Below, piece by piece: positions 56,140 to 64,000 of a DNA stretch of 64,000 bases. Position numbers and translations under genes: made by a program. How positions within the stretch are numbered: position 1 is the first letter of the stretch; each line of letters begins with the position of its first letter. The notes below the pieces were generated by a model. That model made no database searches and had not been told where the DNA came from. It saw only the letters and a program-made list of their open reading frames with translations. Origin of the DNA: an uncultured Methanosarcinales archaeon (GTDB lineage Archaea; Nanobdellota; Nanobdellia; Woesearchaeales; CAIVOO01); assembly GCA_964485195.1 (NCBI GenBank), contig CAZAIK010000002.1, forward strand, positions 1-64,000. Direction: 5' to 3'.

Positions 56140-56845
56140 TTTTCAAAATACCCAAAAGCTTTGATAAATTGGTAACCTCATAATCCACATAGTTAAATTT
56201 CTTTCCCTTTCTTGTGGAAGCCCAACGCCCCTTTTTCATCCAGACTGTCTTCATTCCCATCTCCTTGGTGGGCTTCAAGTCCATTTCAGGCTTGTCTCCA
56301 ATCATAATGCATTCAGAAGGCTTCAGGTTAAACTTTTTTAGCCCTTTTCTCCACAAGGACTTGTCAGGCTTGTTCTTTCCGGTGTCGTTGCTGGTAACTA
56401 TCAGGTCAAAGTACTTCCTCAATCCAAGTATCCTTATCTTGTTGTTTTTGATGTAATTGTTGAGACAGCCGTCAGAATCCGTGACCATTATCCTTTTGTA
56501 GGCCTCCAGCTTCCTCAAAACATCCTTGGTGTCAGGAAATGTCTTAATCTTTGCGAAAACAGTTTTCCAGTAAAGCCTTTCCAGCTCCTTTATCTTTGAC
56601 TCGCTTGCCCTGACACCCATTCTTTTCAGGGTTTCCCTCAGCCACACCTTCCGGTTGTAGTCCTTGGGATTTGAAGAAACACCCACAAACTCATATTCCG
56701 CTTTTTTGAAAATTTTGAAAAATTCCTTTCCGTTAATGCCGAACTCCTTTTCCACACGACTGGAAAGTTTTCCCTTTACAGCCTTCCTGGCCTCGTCCCT
56801 GTCTTCCAAGGTGTCGTCAAGATCAAAGAAAACCGCCTTTAGCAT
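56126..56845 (-). CDS. HAD-superfamily hydrolase
   Basis: FDLDDTL, KP, IGD..D. Confidence 0.92.
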   Translation of the reverse strand: MLKAVFFDLDDTLEDRDEARKAVKGKLSSRVEKEFGINGKEFFKIFKKAEYEFVGVSSNPKDYNRKVWLRETLKRMGVRASESKIKELERLYWKTVFAKIKTFPDTKDVLRKLEAYKRIMVTDSDGCLNNYIKNNKIRILGLRKYFDLIVTSNDTGKNKPDKSLWRKGLKKFNLKPSECIMIGDKPEMDLKPTKEMGMKTVWMKKGRWASTRKGKKFNYVDYEVTNLSKLLGILKNEQK

Positions 56846-56846
56846 T

Positions 56847-57422
56847 TTATCTTACTTCTAAAAGCTCTATGGTGAAGGTTAACGTCTCTCCAGCAAGAGG
56901 ATGGTTCAGGTCAACCACCGCTGAAGTTTCATTCACCTCTATAATCTTGAAAACATTTCCCTGCCTGTCCGAAACCACAGTGCCTTCCCTTACCTCCTCG
57001 CTGTTATTGACTCGGGAAAGGTTGAATGATGCTATGTTCCTCGGGTCATATTCCCCGTATGCAAGTTCAGGAGGTATTGTAACAGTCTTTGTCTCACCAT
57101 CCTCCATGCCATAAATTGCATCCTCAAATCCTTTTATGAAGCGGCCCTGGCCCACAACAAGCTCCAAAGGCTCGTAACTTTTTTCAGGGTTATGGATTCC
57201 TGCCTCCCGCGCTGCTTTTTCAATATTGGTGTCAAAAACAGCACCTTTAACCATCGCAACATATTCCACCAGCACAGTGTCTCCCTGGTCTGCAACCTCC
57301 GGCTTTTGAAAAACAAGGTATGTTGCTATTATTACAAGAATTATGGCGATGACAGCAAGAACAGTGTTCTTGTTTCCTTTTAGTTTAACTTCCTCCTTTT
57401 TCCTCTTACTCTTTTTTTTCAT
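56847..57422 (-). CDS. Membrane-anchored FKBP-type peptidyl-prolyl isomerase (SlyD-like)
   Basis: FDTN, IKGFE, IPPELAYG, DLNHPLAG; N-terminal TM. Confidence 0.92.
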   Translation of the reverse strand: MKKKSKRKKEEVKLKGNKNTVLAVIAIILVIIATYLVFQKPEVADQGDTVLVEYVAMVKGAVFDTNIEKAAREAGIHNPEKSYEPLELVVGQGRFIKGFEDAIYGMEDGETKTVTIPPELAYGEYDPRNIASFNLSRVNNSEEVREGTVVSDRQGNVFKIIEVNETSAVVDLNHPLAGETLTFTIELLEVR

Positions 57423-57618
57423 CAGCAAGATCTTCCAGCGGCTTTTCCTTTGTAAGGTCAACACCCAAATCCTGAAGTGCCTTCACGTGCATCTTCATAA
57501 GCTGCTCCACAATCTGCAGAAGTCGTGAAAGCTCCTGCCTTTCCTTTGCAAGAGTGCTTAATGCTCCCTTGTGAAAGCCAACCTGTTCCTCCTTTGGAAC
57601 ATTCTTTTCCTCTGCCAT
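57406..57618 (-). CDS. Small conserved hypothetical protein
   Basis: EQVGFHKGALSTLAKERQEL helical ORF with TATA. Confidence 0.65.
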   Translation of the reverse strand: MAEEKNVPKEEQVGFHKGALSTLAKERQELSRLLQIVEQLMKMHVKALQDLGVDLTKEKPLEDLADEKKE

Positions 57619-57662
57619 AAAACCCTGAAAAGCCGGTCTTTTATAAATATTTTGAAAAAGTG

Positions 57663-58418
57663 TTATTTTTGGGCTAAATGCCTGTTAAACCAGGAAACAG
57701 AAAGTTCTATGAACTGGTCCAGTTGCTCTGTGAAATCGTGGTCTGCTCCGGCAATGATTTCAAGCCTGGATTCCTTTGAAAGGTATTTCATCGCGTTTTC
57801 TGAATCCTGCAAGGGCACTCTGTCATCCTTGTCCCCGTGAATGACAAGAACAGGGCATTCAATTCTTGAGCATAATGGTTTCTGGTCCACCTGCTCCCCG
57901 TCCTTCAGCATCTGCCTGTCAATAATTATTTTCTTTCTGACACCTTTGTCCCTTGTTTTTGTGATGTGCCCTTTTTCCTTGAGCTCCTGAAGCTGTTCAG
58001 CTGAATACCTCTGTTCCCGGGAGTATTTAATTTTTTCAGTCACAGGCGCCCACAAAACCATTGTTTTTATCCTTTCATCACAAACTTTAAGCGAGATCAA
58101 GCTGCCCAGGCTTAACCCCAGCAAGCCAATTCTTTTCAACCCTTTGCTCTCCACGTAACTTATTGCAGATTGCAGGTCATCAACCTGTTTGTCAACAGTA
58201 AGGGAATCATCATCGCTCTCTCCGCAGCCGCTAAAGTCAAAATTCAAGACATTATGCCCTTCATTGTTAAGGGCTTCTGCTGTTTTGTCAAACCTGCCTC
58301 ATTCAGATTTATCGCCAGTGAATCCGTGGGACATTATGATAACCCTATTTGAATCTGCACCGTGAAAATTTCCAACCAGGTTCAATCCTCTTGAATTCTT
58401 AAAAACCACTTTCTGCAT
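57663..58418 (-). pseudogene. Alpha/beta hydrolase with in-frame TGA at codon 40
   Basis: MQKVVFKN..SHGFTGDKSE*GRF..FDFSGCGES..GLSLG..HGDKD..GADH; TGA at 58299-58301. Confidence 0.85.
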
Positions 58419-58507
58419 ATTGAACTAATCAAGAAAGAGGTTTATATAAATATATCGAGCATTAAATCAATAACATTTAAAAACTCTGATCTGTTTGTTT
58501 TTCCATA

Positions 58508-59446
58508 ATGCGGGGCGACAGGAAGCTGGTGAAGTACATCAGGAAACAGCTTAACGCTGGATACACAAGGGGCGAGATAGTACCCCATCTTGTGAAAAGC
58601 GGACACAAGAGGGAGGTTGTTGAGAGGAACTTTGAGGTTGCCATCGCCCCAAAGACAAAATTTATTGAGAAGATTGTGGAGTTCCTCAGCATAGTTGCAC
58701 TGGCAGTCCTTATATTCTGGGTGGGCTTTTCCTCAAACGCCCCCTTCGGCTCTGTGATAGCAGGATTTCTTCCTGCAATACTTTCATTGATATTTCTCAT
58801 TTCAGTTGCGGAGACAGGGAGGCACGTGCGTTACTCGTGGGCAATGCCTGTTGTTTTCGCGGTTGCCTTCATAATACTGGGCGCTGTGCAGGCCCCGCCT
58901 TTCGGAAGGATGGAAATTGGAAAGCTCGCATTCCTCAACCTAGTAATCTCATACATATTTCTTATAATAATAAGTTATCCTGAGGCTTACAGGAAGGAGG
59001 AGCATTCAGAGCCCAAGGAGAAGGAGAAGAAGATAGGGCAGCATTTCAGCACCATAGAGGACAAGTGCAAGGCGCTTAATTTCGTTATCGGAAGGGTTTA
59101 CCGCTCAAGCAACGGCGGGACGACTTCAATGCGGGACGAGATAAGGATTAGCAGCGACCTGTACAACGAGTTTGAAAGGCTGGTTAAGGAAGGCACCAAG
59201 GACGAGATGCTGAAGACGCTGGATCAGATAGGGGGCAGCATACTCAAGCTTCAGAAAACAGAAAAGGAAGTCCTGGGAAGCAAGGCCAGCCGCCTGAAAA
59301 ATCTTATAAGGGACGAGCACGGCAACAGCAGGGTTATAGACGTGCTCGCAAAAAACGACAATGATCCTGTGATGAACTACTACTCAGATGCGCTGGACTC
59401 TTACAACGAGATAAGAAAAAAGATAGAAGTTATGCATTCTGTTTAA
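58508..59446 (+). CDS. Membrane protein (4 TM) with N-terminal helical module and C-terminal cytoplasmic domain
   Basis: Hydropathy; IEDKCKALNFVIGRVY. Confidence 0.75.
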   Translation: MRGDRKLVKYIRKQLNAGYTRGEIVPHLVKSGHKREVVERNFEVAIAPKTKFIEKIVEFLSIVALAVLIFWVGFSSNAPFGSVIAGFLPAILSLIFLISVAETGRHVRYSWAMPVVFAVAFIILGAVQAPPFGRMEIGKLAFLNLVISYIFLIIISYPEAYRKEEHSEPKEKEKKIGQHFSTIEDKCKALNFVIGRVYRSSNGGTTSMRDEIRISSDLYNEFERLVKEGTKDEMLKTLDQIGGSILKLQKTEKEVLGSKASRLKNLIRDEHGNSRVIDVLAKNDNDPVMNYYSDALDSYNEIRKKIEVMHSV

Positions 59447-59478
59447 AAACTTCAAAAAAAAAGATGTAATGAAAAAAT

Positions 59479-59997
59479 TCAGGCCCTGCTGTAAAGCCCT
59501 ACCAGTTCTCCCTTCGCAAGGATGCGGCCTTCCATTGCACCTTCCACATCTTCCTTTTTGGCATCGCTTCCCAGGTCAAGTGTGGTGTCCAATGCATAGA
59601 CCTTGAAAAAATACCTGTGGGTGCCTGAAGGCGGGCACGGCCCTCCGTAATGATTCTTCTTGAAACTGTTAATGCCTTCTGTTCCGGGAATGCTGTTCTC
59701 CTCTATCAGCTCTCTCGGAGGGATATTCCAAATAACCCAGTGCACCCAGGTTCCGGCAGGAGCGTCAGGATCATCAACTATAAGAACCAGTGTCTGGGTT
59801 CTGTCAGGAATGTTCTTGATGTTCAAGGGCGGGTTTATGTCCTGCCCGTCGCAGGTGTATTTCTCGGGAATGTTCCCGTTGTCTGTGAATGCAGTGCTTG
59901 TAACTTCCATTTTGTCCATTTTTTCCACCCCGTTTTTTGTTTCTGCAGCGCAGGCTGTCAAAAAAACCAAAGCAAGTATAAGGATTAAGCGCCTCAT
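59479..59997 (-). CDS. YbhB/YbcL (PEBP) family lipoprotein
   Basis: LTAC lipobox; YTCDG, DDPDAP, HW, GPCPP.G.HRY. Confidence 0.93.
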   Translation of the reverse strand: MRRLILILALVFLTACAAETKNGVEKMDKMEVTSTAFTDNGNIPEKYTCDGQDINPPLNIKNIPDRTQTLVLIVDDPDAPAGTWVHWVIWNIPPRELIEENSIPGTEGINSFKKNHYGGPCPPSGTHRYFFKVYALDTTLDLGSDAKKEDVEGAMEGRILAKGELVGLYSRA

Positions 59998-60027
59998 ACT
60001 CATTAAATAACTCAATGATTTATAAAA

Positions 60028-61125
60028 TTATTCCAGGTGGATCTCCACAATGTCATCGTCCTGCACCTCGTGATGCAATGACTTCTTCTGGCCGGGGAAT
60101 TTTGCGGATTTTCCCCACACCCTTGCATACTTGAATCTTTTAACAAAATCCCTGTGAATCTTTTCGCACACAGTCCTGACTGTTGCAGGCGCCTTTATTA
60201 CAAGAGGCTCTTCCAGGTCTGCTTTTTTGCCTGCCTCTTTCATGTAAATCCTGATAAAGCTGAGGGTGTCAAATATTTTTTCCTTGAGCTTTACAATGCC
60301 CTTCCCTTTCTTTGCCGAGATAGGAATTGCCTTGAGCTTTCTGGTCATCAGCTCTACGACTTCCCTGGGGGCAGTGTCTATCTTGTTAAGAACTGTTATT
60401 GCCGGCACATAATGCTTATTCCCTTCTATGCAGTCGATGAGTTCGTCAGCATTTATATTGTCTCGTATCACGACGTCTGCATTGCTTATCCTGAATTCTT
60501 TCAGGATGTCCTTTATGGTCTGCTCGTCAAGATAGGTGAGCCTTACAGTTGAGCTCACATCAATGCCGTCTTTTGCCTTCTTCACTATCTTCACGTCCGG
60601 CTTTCTTGTGTTGATCCTGATGTGGAAATCATAAAGCTCCCGTTTCAGCACTTCATACTGCTCTTCGGGATTCAGGACGTCAAGGACAAAGAGAACAAGG
60701 TCGCACGACCTTGTGACTGAAAGCACTTCCTTTCCCCTCCCTGTTCCTGCAGCAGCCCCTTTCAGGACTCCTGGCACGTCAAGGATCTGAATCTTTGCGT
60801 GGTTGCATTCCATCACCCCAGGAATAACTGTTAATGTGGTGAATGCATAAGCAGCTGTTTTAGACTCTGCCCTGGTCAGCTTTGTCAGCAATGTTGATTT
60901 TCCAACCGAGGGAAACCCGACCATTATGACTGTCGCGTCGCCGCTTTTCCTTACAGAATAGCCTTCTCCCTTGCTTTTCTTCGTCCCCCTGTGCTCCTGC
61001 TTTTCCTTCAGTCTGGCGAGCTTTGCCTTGAGCAGGCCTATGTGGTGCTGCGTTGCCTTATTGTAGGGAGTTCTCCTTATTTCATCCTCAATTGCTTTTA
61101 TCTCCTCTTCAACAGTCATTTTCAT
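60028..61125 (-). CDS. drg: DRG/Obg-family GTPase with TGS domain
   Basis: GFPSVGKST, YAFTT, DVPG, NKID, WGKSAKFPGQ. Confidence 0.95.
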   Translation of the reverse strand: MKMTVEEEIKAIEDEIRRTPYNKATQHHIGLLKAKLARLKEKQEHRGTKKSKGEGYSVRKSGDATVIMVGFPSVGKSTLLTKLTRAESKTAAYAFTTLTVIPGVMECNHAKIQILDVPGVLKGAAAGTGRGKEVLSVTRSCDLVLFVLDVLNPEEQYEVLKRELYDFHIRINTRKPDVKIVKKAKDGIDVSSTVRLTYLDEQTIKDILKEFRISNADVVIRDNINADELIDCIEGNKHYVPAITVLNKIDTAPREVVELMTRKLKAIPISAKKGKGIVKLKEKIFDTLSFIRIYMKEAGKKADLEEPLVIKAPATVRTVCEKIHRDFVKRFKYARVWGKSAKFPGQKKSLHHEVQDDDIVEIHLE

Positions 61126-61172
61126 TGAATATTATTCAAAATGTTTATAAATTTAATCAGATAAGGGAGTAT

Positions 61173-61676
61173 ATGCTTGAGCAATTTTACACTCCGGTGG
61201 TGGATACTTTCTTTAGCATAATCTCGGCACTGGCAATTTTTCTTATTGCCCTGATAGTGGGGAAGTTTGCGGGGCTTATAGTAACCAACCTCATTTACGA
61301 ACTGAAGATAGAGGAGATACTTGAAACAGTGGGGTTCAAGTTTTTCATAAGCAAGGTTGCCGGAATGGCTGTTTCCCTGGCAATTTACATCACAGGAATA
61401 GTCATCGCCCTCAACCAGCTCGGGATCACAAGGATTGTGGTAATAGTGCTGGCAGTATTCTTCGCAGTAATAATAGCGCTTGCGATATTCCTGGGAGTGG
61501 CTGACATAATAAGGAATTTCTTCCTGGGGCTGTTCTTGCGGAAGAGATACCTGGGTAAAAGAATGGTTAACATTGAGCCTGTTAAGGGGAAGGTTGTTGA
61601 AGTCGGCTTTACAAGAATAAAAGTCCTGACAAAGGAAAAGGATTTGCTGGTGGTTCCTTTCAGCGCGTTAGATTGA
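61173..61676 (+). CDS. Short MscS-like membrane protein
   Basis: TM helices, IIRNFFLG, GKVVEVGF.RIKV..VVP. Confidence 0.7.
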   Translation: MLEQFYTPVVDTFFSIISALAIFLIALIVGKFAGLIVTNLIYELKIEEILETVGFKFFISKVAGMAVSLAIYITGIVIALNQLGITRIVVIVLAVFFAVIIALAIFLGVADIIRNFFLGLFLRKRYLGKRMVNIEPVKGKVVEVGFTRIKVLTKEKDLLVVPFSALD

Positions 61677-61907
61677 TTCCAGCTGGCTGATGACGTTGTA
61701 AAGCTGGGTCCTTGAATATGCCTGCAGGTTCCTGTCATCCACTATGCTCTCAAGCTCGTGCATGGCCTTGCTTATTTTCATGGAAACGTCCCCCTCATCA
61801 TTAAGAATGTCTATGACAATGTTAACCTTGTCCTTCAGGTTCTTGGGAAGTGTATTGTCTTCAGAAAGCTCCTTCATAAACTCCACAACTTCAATAAGCA
61901 CGTTCAT
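61668..61907 (-). CDS. UPF0147 family protein
   Basis: DNTLPKN..D.NLQAYSRTQLYNVISQLE. Confidence 0.9.
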   Translation of the reverse strand: MNVLIEVVEFMKELSEDNTLPKNLKDKVNIVIDILNDEGDVSMKISKAMHELESIVDDRNLQAYSRTQLYNVISQLESI

Positions 61908-61910
61908 CTT

Positions 61911-62240
61911 TCATTCCTTTTTCTGCTCTTTGTGTTTTTTCAGAATCTCTTCCCTTAGCTTTTTCACGTTTTCCTGCGCCTTTTCTTCCTGCTTCTCAAT
62001 ATTCTTGAGCCTCAGGGAAAGCATTTCATTGCGCTCTTTCAGTTCTTTTTCCACATTCTCTTTTTTGGACTTGAGCATCAAGCTTCCCACAATCTTGTAG
62101 ACTGTGTCAGTATTCTTGATTTCCTCCTGTGCAGATTCCACTTCAAGAAGTTGCGCCTGAAAGGACTGCTTTTGCATTAGCAGCTGCTGCATGTTCTGCT
62201 CAGCCCTTTGCAGTTCCTGAACCTTTTCTTCTGCGTTCAT
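61911..62240 (-). CDS. pfdB: Prefoldin beta subunit
   Basis: VYKIVGSLM flanked by coiled coils. Confidence 0.92.
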   Translation of the reverse strand: MNAEEKVQELQRAEQNMQQLLMQKQSFQAQLLEVESAQEEIKNTDTVYKIVGSLMLKSKKENVEKELKERNEMLSLRLKNIEKQEEKAQENVKKLREEILKKHKEQKKE

Positions 62241-62458
62241 TTTAATTTCATCTTTTCGTGGACAGTGAGCAGCTGTGTTATTGTATTTACTGTTGCCCTC
62301 AAAGCAGTTGCATCCTTTGCCTCCACTTCAAAAATAACATCTCCCCCTTGTTTTTTGACTGAATATTTTGAGCGTTCCTTGTCAATTCCTTCCGGAGCGA
62401 AGCATTCCAGCAGGCTTTCCCGGTTTCCTGTAACCTTTATACTGGCTGAATACTTCAT
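62237..62458 (-). CDS. pcc1: KEOPS complex subunit Pcc1
   Basis: AKDATALRATVN. Confidence 0.88.
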   Translation of the reverse strand: MKYSASIKVTGNRESLLECFAPEGIDKERSKYSVKKQGGDVIFEVEAKDATALRATVNTITQLLTVHEKMKLK

Positions 62459-62589
62459 CTTGCCTTTATCTTTGTGGCAACAGTCCTGGGCTTGAAAAGT
62501 ATCTTGCTGCCGCAGTAAGGACACCTGACTTTCTTTCTCAAATACTCATCACTTACTTTCTTGTTACAGTAAAAGCATTTGTATTCCAT
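62455..62589 (-). CDS. rpoP: RNA polymerase subunit P (Rpo12), 44 aa; not in ORF track
   Basis: MEYKCFYC..VRCPYCGSKILFKPR. Confidence 0.93.
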   Translation of the reverse strand: MEYKCFYCNKKVSDEYLRKKVRCPYCGSKILFKPRTVATKIKAR

Positions 62590-62591
62590 TT

Positions 62592-62885
62592 TCAAACCGC
62601 CTCTTCTGTTTTTTTGCTCTTGAAGACAGCCTCTTTCTCTTCCTTCTTCGCAGTGCCTGCCTTAACCTTTTCTTCAAGATAGTATGCGTTGCCTGTGAAT
62701 TTAGAATTGCACTTTCCGCATTGCCATATGCCGACAGCGAGCCTTTTGGCGGCGGTTTTCATGCAGTAGGGGCACTTGCCCAGCTTTTTGGATTTCTTCT
62801 CTATGTCAGCCAGCTTGTTCTTGAGCCTTCTCCCGTACCTGGGGCCAAAACGCTTAACAGAACCATATTTTTTTTTAGCTGCCAT
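62592..62885 (-). CDS. rpl37ae: 50S ribosomal protein L37Ae
   Basis: RFGPRYG, CPYC, GIWQCGKC. Confidence 0.95.
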   Translation of the reverse strand: MAAKKKYGSVKRFGPRYGRRLKNKLADIEKKSKKLGKCPYCMKTAAKRLAVGIWQCGKCNSKFTGNAYYLEEKVKAGTAKKEEKEAVFKSKKTEEAV

Positions 62886-62984
62886 TTTCTTACCATTACA
62901 CCAATTTGGATTTGGAGGCAATATTTAAAGATTTCTCTCAAAACTTTGGTTATATTTATAAATCATTCGTTTTTAAGTTTTATT

Positions 62985-64000
62985 ATGTCTGAAGAAGAGA
63001 AAAAACAGCACAAACTGAAAAGAGTAGTGAAGGAACTTGGCCAGCATAGAGGGCGCCATACAGAACTGGTGTCTGTGTACATACCCGCTGGCTATGATAT
63101 CAACAAGATTGTAAACCATCTTCAGCAGGAGCAGGGCACTGCTGAAAACATCAAGTCAGCCTCAACAAGAAAGAACGTCATATCTGCCCTTGAAAAGATG
63201 ATACAGCATCTGAAGCTGTACCCAAAAACCCCTGAGAACGGGCTTGCTGTCTTTTCAGGCAATGTTGCAGAGAGGGAAGGCCAGACAGACGTTAGGGTGT
63301 GGGCTGTGGAACCGCCTGTCCCCCTCAACATCAGGATTTACAGGTGCGACAAGGAGTTCGTGCTGGAACCGCTTAAGGAAATGCTTGAGGTAAAGGACGT
63401 TTATGCCCTGCTGGCAATGGACAGGAGAGAGGCGGACCTGGCGCTCTTGAAAGGGAAGCAGATAATATCCTTGATGTCGGTCCACTCAAATGTTCCCGGA
63501 AAGTACAAGACAGGAGGGCAGTCAGCCAGAAGGTTTGAGATGAACAGGGAGCTGGCAGCAAAGGAATTTTACAGGAAAATCGCAGAGCTGATGAAGGAAA
63601 AGCTCTTTTCCATGGGAAAGAATCTCAAGGGAATCCTTGTGGGAGGGCCCGGCCCCACCAAGCACGAGTTCATAGAGACAGGACACCTGGTCACAGAGCT
63701 GAAGGAAAAGATAATAGGTGTCAAGGACTTGTCTTACACCGGCGATTTCGGGCTTCACGAACTTGTGGAAAAATCACAGGACATACTTGCATCTGAAGCG
63801 ATAGCAGAGGAAAAGCAGATAGTGCAGAAGTTCCTGGAACTGCTGGCCGCAAAGCCCGAAGCAGTTGCCTACGGCAGGACAGAAGTGGAAAAGGACCTGG
63901 AAATGGGAGCAGTGGAAACGCTTCTCCTGTCAGACACACTGACGGACGAAGTGACTGACACATTATCTGAAAAGGCAGAGCAGTCAGGAGCGGAAGTTAA
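62985..64000 (+). CDS. prf1: Peptide chain release factor aRF1 (runs off window end); not in ORF track
   Basis: TELVSVYIP, NIKS, YRCD, GGQS. Confidence 0.95.
   Translation, partial: MSEEEKKQHKLKRVVKELGQHRGRHTELVSVYIPAGYDINKIVNHLQQEQGTAENIKSASTRKNVISALEKMIQHLKLYPKTPENGLAVFSGNVAEREGQTDVRVWAVEPPVPLNIRIYRCDKEFVLEPLKEMLEVKDVYALLAMDRREADLALLKGKQIISLMSVHSNVPGKYKTGGQSARRFEMNRELAAKEFYRKIAELMKEKLFSMGKNLKGILVGGPGPTKHEFIETGHLVTELKEKIIGVKDLSYTGDFGLHELVEKSQDILASEAIAEEKQIVQKFLELLAAKPEAVAYGRTEVEKDLEMGAVETLLLSDTLTDEVTDTLSEKAEQSGAEV

Noticed and set aside
57663..58418. Genome-wide UGA reassignment or selenocysteine
   Set aside because: Many conserved genes here end in TGA (alba, infB, rpoP), and the position is not a catalytic Cys site.

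Overview
64 kb of an archaeal chromosome, most consistent with a DPANN lineage such as Woesearchaeota. The evidence is an archaeal 16S rRNA, Alba, TFS, aRF1, Cdc6, Taw1, Trm1, RtcA, aIF5B and RpoP/Pcc1/prefoldin, plus many apparently leaderless genes behind TTTA(T/A)A boxes. The window is mostly information-processing genes, three very large modular surface proteins (one an S8 protease) and a patch of toxin-antitoxin genes and pseudogene relics. Highlights read from the sequence: (1) a 122-nt bulge-helix-bulge intron in the 16S 790 loop that splits the 785F/806R primer site; (2) nrdR-nrdJ with two tandem NrdR-box-like operators 32 bp apart over an archaeal promoter; (3) a stand-alone RelA/SpoT-type synthetase with a putative Zn-binding insert; (4) an intact HD-GYP phosphodiesterase directly downstream of cdc6 and bracketed by hairpins; (5) an unassigned ~98-nt structured RNA candidate; (6) an exact 495-bp internal duplication in a 2230-aa surface protein; (7) several small ORFs missed by the ORF track, including eL41, RpoP, a Zn-ribbon protein and a convergent antitoxin. 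Together these suggest a layer of bacterial-type nucleotide sensing and signalling in a reduced archaeon. All family assignments come from motif recognition by eye, not from database searches.
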